A stretch of DNA of 64,000 bases from Camelus ferus (lineage: Eukaryota): contig NC_045696.1 of assembly GCF_009834535.1 (NCBI RefSeq), forward strand, positions 34,164,001 through 34,228,000, given 5' to 3'. Shown here in pieces: positions 41,396-54,127 of this stretch. The notes under the pieces were generated by a model, which saw only the letters and a list, made by a program, of their open reading frames with translations, did not search any database and was not told the origin of the DNA. The first letter of the stretch is position 1. Each line of letters begins with the position of its first letter. The translations under genes and the position numbers were made by a program.

Positions 41396-41886
41396 TCTGT
41401 ATAGGTGAAGGTAAATTATAAGTTGCTGTTACAAAGGTACCCACAAATGACAGTGGCTTAATTAAGATAGAAATTTATTTACTTCTCATAAATAATCTCA
41501 AGGTTAAGACTCCATGCTGCTGGGGAGGCCTCCATCCTGTCCTGCAGAAACTCAGGTTCCATCACCTTATTACTCTGGTAAGCAAGGTGTGATCTTAGTA
41601 GAAGTGTGGAGTAACAGGAGGCTGCAGCATCTTTATTTGGTACGTAGAGAGGGAAGAGGGGGAAAAGCACATGCCCAATATCTTAAGGCCAAGGACTTGA
41701 AATGGTCACATTGTTTTTTTGCTCACTTTCCATTCACTTAACTCAATAAAGTACACTGAGATGCAAGAGAGCCTGAAAAACAGAGTCTCCTGCTGGATGG
41801 CCATCTACTCAGCTCAGATGCTGGCCAGGCTGGGGTAGTTCCAGCCGTTCAAGAAGAAGAGAGGCACTTAGTCATCTCTGTCTCAC
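41396..41886 (-). mobile_element. Old MaLR LTR (MLT1J/K/L-like)
   Basis: 'gttgctgttacaaa...cagtggcttaattaagatagaaatttattt', 'gctcactttccatt', 'gcaagagagcctgaaaaa'. Confidence 0.75.
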
Positions 41887-43479
41887 TGGGACACTATTAT
41901 TTACATTTGCTTGGTCTTAGAAACCGAGAACATTGGTAAACAATGAGGTCAGAACTGTCATTGCAAGGACAAAGTTATCAAAAACAATGAGGCATTTGAT
42001 GTAAAGAATATTTGGGTGAGTAGTGGCCCCACTTCTACTGCCTGAGAAACTCAATACTAAGTTTAAAGAATACCTTTACTTAACTTCCTAAGAAAGATGT
42101 GTGGATAAAAAAGGGAAAAGAAAACGTATACATCATAAGTGACAACTGTTTGTGCAGACAAATTGATTTAAGTGAGTAATAGAGCCCACTTTAATGAACC
42201 ATAACTGTAATTTGAACTGGCTGTTCTATACAGCACTCTAACTCACTTTATAGACCCAGAAGATTACTTGCAATAACCGAGGTTACATATTACCTTGCTA
42301 GTGAAATCAGTAGGGAGGGCAGCTGTGTAAAACTGGTAATTTAGCACTCGCTTAGCAATTCAGACAAAGCTGCTGAATCACAGAGATGTAGATGATAATT
42401 GTCTGGAGGTACGAGGGTCAACTGTTTAAACTTTCTATTTGTCAGAAGGAAGTGCATCTGGTGCTTTGAGTAGACACTTCTTCATGTTATAAAGAACTTC
42501 CTGACACAATTGTTCATCTTTGAGTCACATCTGAGAAGACACCTCATATAGTATCTCTTCAAACAATGATGTTGATAACATCACATCTCTTTACTGCTCT
42601 TCTCATTTTCTCCTCTAGTAAATTCACTCTTCCATGAAGAGAAGGAATTAGTCAAATCCTGTCTCCTCTAACAGGGGAAAGATTGTTGTAAGGCCAATGA
42701 CATGACATTGTTGTAAGGCCTGATGATATGCTCAGGGTTAAAAAAACATGTTTCAAGGCTACAAAGAAAGCATGTAGCTGGAAAACAGCTTGAATGTTTT
42801 AGAATTGAGTTAGTTAATGGGAGAAGTACTCATAATTTAGTGAAGCATGATCAAGATTCAATAAATAGTACCTAGATTTAGATCCTTGGTTAAAACCAGG
42901 TAGAGGATCCAGAAAAATCTACAAAAAAAAAAGTTAAATTTCTTAACAACAATGAACTTTAACGTCAAGAAGACCAAACATTATATATTTATTGAGCATC
43001 TATTAAGTACCTACTATATGGCCCAGGAAGTGCTGTCAATATCTTTTCAAGCTGAAATGATATAGTTCTTGCACTCCAGTTTATATGGTAGTTTATTTCA
43101 AATGCAGGCATTTCTCCTGTAATGCAATAAAACTAGGGGATACAATATTTTTATTTGTGGACTTCTGTTGGTTGTCTTGCAACACAGCAACTTTGTTTGT
43201 GAAGGTTAATCATTTATTCTAACAATGGGAAACAGAGACAATAAGGATGTCTAACATGCACTGGGCTAATGATAGAGCTGGAGAGGATAGGAAAGACAGG
43301 TCGTTGATCTGGAATAGTAGTTACAAATAAACAGGTGAGTTTTTTTCATGCAGGTTTTAGGGATATGCACCTGTAGCCCTACATTTACATCTAATATCCC
43401 ACCTTTCATACAGAAATGCCTTTAAGTAAAACAATACAGAAGTTTTTTCCTGGGAGTCTATAATTCTAACGCCTGATTC

Positions 43480-43610
43480 CCTACTCATTTAGTCCTTATA
43501 GTAACTTTACAAGGTAGGTTCCACTAATATTCACACTGTCAGATAAGGAAGATATGTCACAGGGAGGTTAAGTGACTTGCCCAGGTCATACAAGGTAATG
43601 TAGCTGAAGT
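43480..43610 (-). mobile_element. MIR fragment
   Basis: 'agggaggttaagtgacttgcccaggtcatac'. Confidence 0.75.
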
Positions 43611-44007
43611 ATTCCAGAAGTCTCTTTTAGTTTGCTCAGGTAAAAACCACATAATCTTCAAAGATCAATAAAATATCTTCCAATGTTTTTTTGATTTCTT
43701 ATTAATAAGTTAAGATTCTTTTAGTTTTACTAGTGTTAAGTTTTATTTAGTGAAATAGTATAGCTGAAAAAAATTTAAAAACTTTCCAAGTGAAAATTAT
43801 TCTAACTGGAAATAAATCATAATTCTTCCCCAAAATAATTTTTTTCTTCATTTCAAAGTTCTCTTTTTTTAAAATCAAAGGGAAGGAAAATTATTTCACA
43901 CAATCAATAGTGTACATTATGGACAGTAATTTTATATAAATAAATATTTTTAAAGGATTGTCTTTTCTCTTTTGTGTTTTACTCTTTACCCTCCTTGTTC
44001 ATCAGCT

Positions 44008-44364
44008 TGCTAAAAAACAAAATTCAACCGACAATTTAAAGATCAAATGGCTTTATTAAATGATTTACGAATCAGGCAGCATCCAATCTAGCAAATAAAA
44101 AGGACCTGTAAGGAGCTATAGAAAAATGGGAGACTTTGGAGGCATAAGGGGGCGGGGACAAGGAATGAATGGATTATCTCACCTCTGAGGGATGGAAAAT
44201 GGATTACATCATTGGTGCTGACCAGGAAATTATGACCAGTTTAACATTACATTCTTGAGAATGGCTGAAAATACATTTACTTTAGGTTTACATTAGTCTT
44301 GGTTTGCTGACCTGGGGCTTATCACAAGTGACTCCATTTGAGGGCCTGTCATCTTTTTTAAATA
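44008..44364 (-). mobile_element. ERV1-type solo LTR (copy 1)
   Basis: Reverse complement aligns by eye to 48084-48456; flanks agct/agtt form a 4-bp TSD with one mismatch. Confidence 0.85.
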
Positions 44365-44367
44365 AGT

Positions 44368-44810
44368 TGTATTAATTTTCTGTTACAATCATAACAAATT
44401 ACCACAAATTTAGCAGTTTAAATCAACACCTATTTGTTATCTCACAATTCTGTTCATCAGAAATCTAAGTAGAATGTAATTTAACTGTGTCTTCTGTTTA
44501 AAGTCTCATAAAACCAAAATCAAGATGTCATCAAGATTGACTTCCTTGCTGGAGGCTCTGGGGATATATCCACCTCCAAGTTCATTCAAGTTGTTCCTTC
44601 GATTCAGTTCTTGGTGTTTATGTCACAAAGAGTCAGTGTTTCCTTGCTGGTTGTCTGCTGGGGATGGTGGTGCAGAAGGGTGCAGTCTTTGCTACTAGAA
44701 TTTGCCTGAATTCCTTCTTTTGCTTCCCATGTAGCCACCCTTCCAACAATGGTGAAGTGAGTCCCTCTCATACTTCAAATCTCTCTGACTCCAGCCAAAG
44801 GAAATATGGT
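44368..44810 (-). mobile_element. MaLR LTR (MLT1E/F-like)
   Basis: 'tgtattaattttct...ataacaaattaccacaaatttagcagtttaaa', 'ctggaggctctgggga', 'cttcaaatctctctgact'. Confidence 0.8.
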
Positions 44811-45479
44811 ACTTTGTAGTTTCTGCCTTTTTGTTTACTGGCTGTCTATTTAAATTTAGGAGACCTATCTTTGTTTTTTGTTTTGTTTCATTTTGTTGGG
44901 GAAGGAGGCTATTTTTAATTTTTCTAATTATGAGAAAGCTAATAAAAGAGGTGATAAAACATTATCAAATAGGCTGACAAATTTTATAAGAATCTTCTAA
45001 ACTTCAACACTATGAAGTTATATTTCTACCTCACATTCCTCATTTTTCATTGTACTTTAAACAATTTTTCACATATGTTACACAAATAACTAAGGCAAAC
45101 ATTTCCTGAGCAGGGTAGATAAACCAAAAATATCTTTCATCCTCTTCATTTTTCAAGAGGAGACAGGAGTACTGTCTAGAATGTCAATAAATGGAGACGT
45201 ATTTGCTTGAGATGGTCACTCAAAATAGTGAGAGAGAAAGCATCAAACCAAACATTTCAACGATTTCTTCAAATACATACTTACTGCATTAAAATGTTAA
45301 ATTCATATAACCTGTTTCGGTTCCTTCTTGTTTTTTTTTGAAGTTTTGTTGTTATTTGTTTGTTTTTCTCTGTCTGCACATTCCTATATCCTTATTATAG
45401 TCTAAATAGTCTATTCTAATTAGTCAAGAAAGAAAACATGATTCCATCTCTTAGTTTGCTTAGACAAACAAATTCTAAA

Positions 45480-46230
45480 GTTAATATCATTTTTCTCCTT
45501 TGTTCATACCTCCCATCCTGTTGCCTCTAAGTCAAAACTGTATTCCAAATTCCAGTTTTTTAGTACCCTCAGTGCAAAATCCTAGTTCAGGTCAGCCTCA
45601 TCCCCTGTGACAATTGCTTTAATAACCTCCTGATTGCTCTGCTTGCTTTAACTCTTGCTGCCCTAAATCCATCCTCCACAGAGCAGCCAGAAAGATATTT
45701 CTAAAAGATAAACTAGATCATGTCACTTTCCTGCTTAAAATCTTCCAGTGACTTCCAATACAAAATCAACATGTTCCAAATTCCTTAACAATGGCCTCCA
45801 AATTTTTCTATGATACATCTCCACCTACCTGTCATTAGGTACCCTTCATGACTCCCTTTCCTTCCATTAACTCTGCTCCAGGTGACTGGCTTTTAATGGT
45901 AACTCTTAAAGTGATGACAAGCTTATTAGCATCTTACTTTGCACTCACTGTTCCTTTTCTTTGCTATCCTCTGTTCAAATGCCACCTCTTAAGACAGACC
46001 TCAGCACTCTAGTTCCTTTCTACTTCTTTACCCAGTTGTGTTTTTTTCATAATACAATTTTTTTACTTTGTTCTATATTAGTTTACATGTTTTTTGTCTG
46101 TTTTTCTATACCCAGATTCCCTATATCCACTAATATGTAAACTCCTTGAAGACAGGGATCCTGCCTGTTTTGCTTACCACTTTCTCCCAAGCATCTATAA
46201 GATGCCTGGCCCATAACAAATATTTATGGA
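45480..46230 (+). mobile_element. L2 3' region
   Basis: 'tccatcctccacagagcagccagaaagat...gatcatgtcactttcctgcttaaaatcttccagtgacttcc', 'tgtaaactccttgaagacaggga...gatgcctggccc'. Confidence 0.85.
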
Positions 46231-46297
46231 CTCAATTGTAGAGGACTTTTATATATTGAGGATAATTCTTTGTCCAATTTACTGGTTAGGAATAAAA

Positions 46298-46495
46298 ATA
46301 CTAATTAATTGAATGCTTAATAGGTGCCAGTCATTGGGCTAAATAATTTACATATATTACTTTTTTAAACTTAATAAATATCCTGAGGCAAATATAGATA
46401 TTATTCCCATTTTAAAGATGAAGAAACTAAGGTTTAAGAAGGTTGCATGATTTGCCCAAGGACACAGAACAAGTAAGTGGCAAAGACTGAACTGT
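46298..46495 (-). mobile_element. MIR SINE
   Basis: 'attattcccattttaaagatgaagaaactaagg...atttgcccaaggacacag...gtaagtggcaaag'. Confidence 0.85.
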
Positions 46496-47519
46496 TTCTC
46501 ACTTAAAAAAACTGAGATTAGACTATACCTCATTTCAAAGAACTATATTATTTTCCATCTCAGTCTACTGACCTAACTTAAAATTTCTAAGTAACTTAGC
46601 ATTGTGAGGCCAAATTTCTATTTATGTAAAATAATCAAGTTTGTAATAAAATGTGTCTCAAGATTTTAGTGCTTAATACTTCAAGCAAGCAAATCCTTAG
46701 GGAGATATATGAGGCTTTCTATTTCACTAATTCCTTGTGATTTCTCATTTATTCTAGGTAATATAATTGATTTTCAACATAAAACTACTATCAAATACAA
46801 CCACAAGTGACACTCAATCTTTTAACCTCCAACATTTTCCATTCTCAGCATAAGGTCATCCACTTGTTTGGAAAGTGTCCTATTAGCAGCTCTTGGAAAG
46901 CGCAGGATCTGAAATTTGGAGTGCACGCTAGTGGCTTACATCCCCACATGTAATGCTGTGTAATAGCAGCACTTAGACTTGACGCCTCCAACTGCTATTC
47001 TAGACAATGTAGAATTGCAAGCCTTGAATGGAACTCTTTTCTAAACAACACGGCAGCACTCCAAATACCTTCAAACCATTCTTGTAGGTAAGTTTTATTT
47101 CTTCAAGAAAGTACCCTTCAAGGGAAGGAGTCTGTTATTCTCTACGAGTTTATCCCATGTTGTTTCAGTCACATATCCAGTTTTACTTTGCTCTCTTTTC
47201 TCTTAAAAGTGATGGAGGGGTTTAGATACTGAAATTGTTGTGTTAACCTGAACTGCAGTAGAAAAGCATTTGTTAAAGATTTGCTCTTCATCTAACATAT
47301 TGTAACCTCTTTTAAGCATAGAGGAAAATAGCATTTAAAAAAAAACAGATGTAGATTCCCTTGTCAAACCAGAATCTAAAGCACTGACATTCAATATTCA
47401 AAAAGCAAAAACTATTTATATACTTGCCTTTTAACAGAGTTATGACAAAATATCTGTAGATTTGGTAGCAGAGAGCAGTATGAAAGGGGGAAAAAACAAA
47501 ATTTAATAAAATATATCAG

Positions 47520-47760
47520 CAGGTACTTCTTAACCAAAGCAAAGGCAACAAAAGTAAAAATAAACATAAAACTAAAAAGCTTCTGCTCAGTAACGAAAAC
47601 CTTCAACAAAGTGAAAAAGCAACCTATGAAATGGGAGACAGTATTTGCAAATCATATATCAGATAAAGAGTTAATACACAAAATAGAGAAAGAATTTATA
47701 TAATTAGATAGCCAAAAAGCACACAATACAATTTAGAAATGGGCAGAGGACCTAAATAGA
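47520..47760 (+). mobile_element. L1 ORF2 fragment
   Basis: 'aaactaaaaagcttctgc...aacctatgaaatgggagacagtatttgcaaatcatatatcagataa'. Confidence 0.85.
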
Positions 47761-47871
47761 CCCACGTGAGAGGCAAGGCAGACTGTCCACAGCAGTGCCT
47801 CTTCCTGAGAACAGCACAGGAAAATAAATAAAAGTATGAAAATAAATAAATATTTATTTATTTATTTGACC

Positions 47872-47970
47872 CTTTTTTTTTTTTAATTGAAGTACAATCA
47901 ATTACAATGTGTCGATTTCTGGTGTACAGCACAATGTCCAAGTCATGCATATACATACATATATTTGTTG
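47872..47970 (-). mobile_element. Short young L1 3' terminus
   Basis: Poly(T) then 'aattgaagtacaatcaattacaatgtgtcgatttctggtgtacagc'. Confidence 0.85.
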
Positions 47971-48083
47971 AAAAGGAATATTTGGAACATCTGTTTTTTT
48001 CCCTAAGAAAATGGAATTTCAATTTTTGAATATTAAAAACCCACTTGATCTCATTTATTCTAAGAAATCTCCTTACAAAGTAG

Positions 48084-48456
48084 TATTAAAAGCGACAACT
48101 GGCCCAAAGTGGAGTCACTTGCTACTAAACCCACATCACCATACCAAGACTTAATACCTAACCTAATTGCAGTTTCAGCCTCCCTCAGGAATGTAACCTT
48201 CATGGGTCAGTTCGGAATTTTCTGGTCAGCACCAGTGACTTAATCCCCCTGATAGATTCCTTTTGTCCCCTAAAGGAATGTGACCTTGCCTGAAACAATC
48301 TGCTCTTTCCTTGTCCCTCACACATCTCTCTGCCTATAATACAGCTCCTTGGAGCTCCTTTCTATTTGCTAGATGGGATGATGCCCAATTTATGAATCAC
48401 TGAATAAAGTCAGTTAGATCTTTAATTTACTCAATTGAATTTTGTTTTTTTTAACA
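48084..48456 (+). mobile_element. ERV1-type solo LTR (copy 2)
   Basis: T(A)...CA termini ('tattaaa...ttaaca'), internal aataaa, perfect 4-bp TSD gtag at 48080-48083 and 48457-48460. Confidence 0.85.
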
Positions 48457-48524
48457 GTAGCATTTATAAAGCATACAATTGATACTTTTAAAAACAGATT
48501 TATTTATATTAATCTGAATGAAAA

Positions 48525-49484
48525 CATGAAACTCCTTCATCAAGGCAGATTTTTATTACTTACAGCAGTAACAACACCCATTCCTCATGCCACACGTGGA
48601 GCTGGCTGGCACTCTGGAGTTATAAAACCCCCACCCCTGGGCTCTCTGTGTGCCTGGAGCCATTGACACATTAACCCCTACTCCCCACTGCAGGACCCTT
48701 TGCAAACCTGCATTTCTGCAAGACGTAAAACATCTTCTCTTGATGTGTGTTTACCCTAACAAAAGTCACTGCCCCAGGAGATAGCCCTGCATACAATACC
48801 CTAGGTGGAGAGGCCTCGCATCCTGACCTTACCGAAGTCCTAAAACCTATTGTTCACAGAAGTCCCTGACAGACCTTACAACTAATCAGGTACCTGTGCA
48901 CGAAGTGATCGTGCAGCCCCCTACTCCTTGTGTGCACCCTCCCCGCAATGAAAGACCCTGCATGCCCACCCTCGGTGCTCTGTGCACCTCTCGCCCGTGT
49001 GGCCCGCTGTTTCTTATAGCAGTATAACTATTAAACTTTCCTAAACTTTCCTGTCTCTGGTAATTCTTTACCAACCCACGTCACCGGCCCGCCGTCCTAT
49101 GCCCAAACACCGCAGGTCTTTCCCTTTCCTGAGTAGTGCAAATTAAGCACATACACAAAAGCAGGGCTCCTGTCTTAGGAGGAAACCTGAAATTACGAAT
49201 CTAGCAGTTTATAAACATGTTGTCTCTCTCCCCTCCCGAGAAAGGGAGAGAAACCCTCATCCCCTAGTGGTTTACAATCCTTCGGAACATAAATGACTGT
49301 CCCAGGTTTCATCTCCCTTTGAAATGTAAACACACGAGAGGTAAGTCTCCAATCTCTCAGGAGATCTTCTAGCTATCCAATCACCTTCCAACTTCCAAGT
49401 CATCTCCTTCAACCTAGGCTTAGGTCTTTTTGCTCAGAAATTCCCTAACCGTAGATAAATAAAAACATAGACTTCATGACAACA
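48525..49484 (-). mobile_element. Older LTR-like element interrupted by the LTR at ~48621-49114
   Basis: Reverse poly(A) signal 'tttattacttacagc' on the left piece; right piece ends 'catgacaaca'; family uncertain. Confidence 0.45.
48621..49114 (+). mobile_element. CpG-retaining ERV solo LTR
   Basis: C-rich ~490 bp with an attaaa signal, 'tctggtaattctttacc' U5-like motif and CA end; TSD not resolved. Confidence 0.65.
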
Positions 49485-49739
49485 GTTGATCCAAGATATT
49501 TGATAATCATGAACATTTCTGGATCAAATAATGATGATTTTAATGTATATAAATAAAAATACATTTTTATGAAGAAATAATAATAATTTCAATGAATTCC
49601 AAAAGGGTTAAATATTCATAGTATATTTGCTGATCATAGAAATAACGTGATTTGTTGATTACAAAAACAATGGCCAAAAAAAGGACAAAAATATTTCTAA
49701 TTGGAAATTAAAGAATATTCTTCTAAACAATTTAATAAT

Positions 49740-50110
49740 TGTTACAGGTTGAATTGTGTTCCACCAAATTCATACGTTGTAGTCCTAATCCCCAGTATTT
49801 CAATATGTGCCCCTATTTGGAGCTAAGGTAATTGTAGATGTACTTAGTGAAGTGAAGATGGAGTTACATTGAAATAGGGTAGGCCCCTAGTTCAATCTAA
49901 GGAAGGTCCTTACAAAAAGGGAAAATTTGGAGACATACAAAAGAAGGAAGACTATGTGAAGAGATCCAGGGAGATGGCCACTTACAAGCTAAGGAGAGAG
50001 GCCTGAAACAGATCCCTCACTCAGAATCAACGAGAAGGAATTAATCCTGCCAACACCTTGATTTGGACTTCTTGCCTCTGGAACTGAGACAATAAGTTTC
50101 TGTTTAAAGA
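49740..50110 (+). mobile_element. MaLR LTR (MLT1B/C-like), 3'-truncated
   Basis: 'tgttacaggttgaattgtgttcc...ggagagaggcctgaaacagatccc...cctgccaacaccttgatttggactt'. Confidence 0.9.
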
Positions 50111-52948
50111 AGTGTAAAAGAATTTTTAAGCAGAAAATAAAATAGCAATTTAAAAAATAAATTTTAAAATCTGGATCTTTATCAGTCCCCCAAGACAAAA
50201 GAAACAAAAGCAAAAATTAAAAAATGGGACCTAATAGGTTTAGTTACCTACTATACACTTACTGACACCTAAATACAAAGTCCAAACCAAGTGTTAAATT
50301 CCCAGTCTCTATGCCTATATGTTTCATAGTCATTTCAAATTCAACATGTCCAATAATGAACACATTATATATACAAGGAACACATTGTGTTATATGTATT
50401 TAAATATGGAAATATATGTGTATGTATATACATATAAGTCCGTGTATATACAAGTATATAGAGAGATCTGTGGAATAACTTATGGAAGAGAAGTCGCTTG
50501 ATTTAGAACTTCGAGAGAACCAAAATCTAGAAAAGTACACAAAAATAGGGATCATAAACTTTATGTCTGATAAAGTCTTAGATATCTAAGGAAAATAAAT
50601 CTGTATTAATGAGGCTAACATACAGCCCCAAGAATGTAGGTATACAGGTGTAAGAATCCACCAAGGAGTGATGCATGTTGGTGTCTGAGGGGTGCTAGTA
50701 AGAGAGCGCCTAACATCTGCTCAGGGTTGAGGAGACAGCAGAGAGCAAGAGAATGAGAAAGTACGAGACAGAGAGAGAAAGAGAAATGGAGGTTAAAATA
50801 TCACCTTTCTATCAGAGGTCTGCTAGCTAAGGTCCATATCCTCCCCTCCCCAGTGCACACTTTGGAATGGCCATACCAAGGGGAATTTTGTCTCTACAGA
50901 GTAGAATATTTACTGAAGATCACTGCATTATGCTGGTTCTGAGAAAGGAGAGCAGAAATATATTAAATTCCATGTTTACAGATATTAATTGATTATTCCC
51001 ACTTATGGAAAACCATAGAGCAATGGCAGTTAACCTATTCTCCAAGTATCTTATTCCACCTCTGTGGAAGTAGTCTTAAGAGGGGCATTTAGGAAAAATG
51101 TCTTCTGCTGCAAAACAGAATGGTGGGGAATATACTTTATTTTAAAAAATGTTGTATAGTAAGTAAACCCTGGCTCCAGGAATCTTCCTTAACTTCTTCT
51201 ACCAATGCCTTCATTTTATGAACATTACAAAATTTAATAAGGTGCCTGGGTGGCAAAGAGCATTCCTGTTTAAATTCACTTGCATCCTTCACTTAAAGAT
51301 TTTTAAAATACTATGGGTAAAGTACGATAAGTGGGGATTTCCTAAGACTAAACCCAAGACTACTATAACAATTTTTCTAAGAAATGCTGGAGAAATATGA
51401 GGGAGAATAAAAGGGTGATGTAGTCTCAAGCTTAAATGTTAATGGTAATTTGAAAAGATTAGTTATTTTTAAAGGATCATATTATATTAAAAATTGATAA
51501 ATGGAAAATAAAATAAATAGCAACTGAACTTTGTAGGAAACTCTGAAAAAAAAGAATGAAGAGGTAACTAATGATTTTCTAGTTTACTCATAAACTAGAG
51601 TTTACTCATGGATGAATCTCCAGTAATATTCTTCTTTGTCCCCTGAATTAGTGAATCACCAGCTCCCATGAGGAGACTCACCATTGTCATTCAGAATCCC
51701 ACCCAGGACATCATCACTACTATGCGTTCTGTACCCTCACATGGCATTGTAAGTTTCTTCTTCTGCATTTTAATGATAGAACCATGCATATTTCATGGTC
51801 ATGGTGCTACTTGCTGTGCATGAGTCACCAGGAGCTGGCTGCCAAAAGTAACTCGAGATTATGACAGCAGTATAATTTTTCATTTAATCTTGATTTGTAG
51901 GATACTATAAAACTGGCAAAAAAAGAAAAAGATGAAGAAGAGGAATCTGTTCTAGAACTGTCACTTCTCAAGGGCATGGCAGGAAAGGGGCAATAAAAAA
52001 ATCAAATAAGATAATAATGAATTACTAGAAAGTCTTAAGGAGAAGCTCCCATATGAGAGAGGGTTGAAAAAAAGAGAATGCAAGGAATATTCCAAAGTTA
52101 ATAACATAAGTAGGAAATGGGAAAAAATTGGAAACAGCCTAAGAACACTGTTTGTAATAGTAATTTCATGTGAAATTTCCAAGTATAAATATGAAAGCAG
52201 AGTTAGCTTTTCCTTATAAAAGGTTAGATGTGAACACTGTATATGTTAAATATGATTCCATGTATGTTTGATGTAGATTAATTAACAAAATTACTGGGCT
52301 GCTATGGCCAATCTAAACTAGAGATAAGTACAACTGTGTAACATGGGACAAAATTGGAAAATCACTTAATGTAATTCTCTGAATAACTCACATTCTTGCA
52401 CTTTTTTAATGGTGAGAGACAGCAAAAGCTGACCTAGAACAATAGAGTATCATTATTTATATTCAGCAAGTCTCGAAGCCCTAGCACGTCAGAAACTGGT
52501 GCTCCTGTGGAAGAGGTTTTATCACATAACCATAATGCAATAAATTCCTGGACTAGAGATAAAACTCACCATTGGAGAAGCCTCTTTGGGTTGAGAGGCA
52601 ACGTGGAGGTATTCCCTGACAAAGCTCTCCTCAGTGAAATCCTTCGGGTGAGCATGCTTGTTAACACTTACTTTATAACAGAGAATTGTCCTATGAGAAC
52701 CATATGATTTTATGAATTGGAGTCATCCTATAACCCTCTTTCCCACACACACCTCACTTGGTCACTCTTCACATTGATATGTTCACTTATTCTGGACTAG
52801 GGAGGATACAAAGGTGTTTCAAATCAAGATCGTACCTGTCTCAGGAGAAATTGAATGAGAGGGACTTGGTCAAATATTGAGTATTTAAAAAGATATTTAA
52901 GTGATTCTTAATTCTCCTTAAGAATTCTTCTTAAATCTTAGAAAGATT

Positions 52949-53351
52949 CATCATTTTAAGTGAAGTAAGACAGAAAGGGAAAGAAAAAATACCATATGAT
53001 ATCACTTATATGTGGAATCTAAAAAAAGACACAAATGAACTTATTTACAAAACAGAAACAGACTCACAGATGTAGAAAACAAACTTATGGTTACCAGTGG
53101 GGAATGGGGGTAGGAAGGGATAAATTGAGAGTTCGAGATGTGCAGATACTAACCACTGTATATAAAACAGATAAACAACAAGTTTATACTGTACAGCACA
53201 GGGAACTATATTCAATATCTTATAGTAGCCTATAATAAAAAAGAATATGAAAATGAATATATGTACGTATATGTATGACTGAAACATTATTCTGTACACC
53301 AGAAATTGACACAACATTGTAAGCTGACTATACTTCAATTAAAAAAAAAAA
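52949..53351 (+). mobile_element. Young 5'-truncated L1 (3' UTR plus poly(A))
   Basis: 'aagtgaagtaag...ataccatatgatatcacttatatgtggaatct...acagcacagggaactatattcaatatct' followed by poly(A). Confidence 0.95.
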
Positions 53352-53379
53352 GAATGTGTTTAGTGAGGGAGAGTTTAAG

Positions 53380-53540
53380 TGGTTGCTACTCATTATGTGT
53401 TCCTGTGACTAGAAGCGTCAGCACCACCAGGGAACTTGTTAGGAATACAGACAGTTCTGGCTCTACCCCGGAAGTACTGAATCAGAATCTGCATTTTAAC
53501 AAGATCCCCAGGTGATTCGTAAGCACATTAAAGAAGCCTT
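53380..53540 (+). mobile_element. MER5A1-like hAT element
   Basis: 'tactgaatcagaatctgcattttaacaagatccccaggtgattc' is a characteristic MER5A1 segment. Confidence 0.85.
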
Positions 53541-54127
53541 ATTCTAAATTTCATAAGAAAAAAATTTTCTCAGCTCTTCATGTTTTTACCCTAGATTCTA
53601 AGATCACCTAAAGGGAACTCAGTATCATTTGCTGGAAGAATGAATGAGTAAACTAATTAGTGGATTCTCTTCAACTTTTACTTTAATCCTCTAAAAAGAT
53701 GTTAATCCTTATTAAAATTTTAAAATTATAACTATAGTTCAGGCTTGACTAAATGGATGCTGAGTACTTGAAATGAGCAATGCATTATGCTAGGCTGTGG
53801 GGACTATAATGATATATAATTCTTGTAAAATATTAAGATGTACCAAGAAACCTGTATTCTAGTTAAGAATTATATGTCTAATGATATGACAAATATATTG
53901 AAATCTAGACTGTAATTAATATTTAAATAGTGTAGGACAACAACAAAAAAGAAGGCACCAAGTACTAGACAAATTACAAGGAAAATAAACTCTGTTGCAA
54001 TTTGGAAGAAGAAATCATTTACTTCTATATGAACAGAATAACAGCAGCAACTAATGTTTATAATATGTTTAGCAGGTGCTTTCCAGTAGAAGAACATAGA
54101 ATTGAAGAGTCAGCTATTGGTGGTGAT

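Noticed and set aside
46962..46999. miR-15/16-like 5' sequence tagcagcac (46964-46972) in a small stem (aatagcag/ctgctatt)
   Set aside because: The stem is only 8 bp and the sequence after the seed matches no miR-15/16/195/497 mature sequence I know; it is not a pre-miRNA-length hairpin.
53035..53338. Overlapping ORFs on both strands
   Set aside because: Both lie wholly in the non-coding L1 3' UTR.
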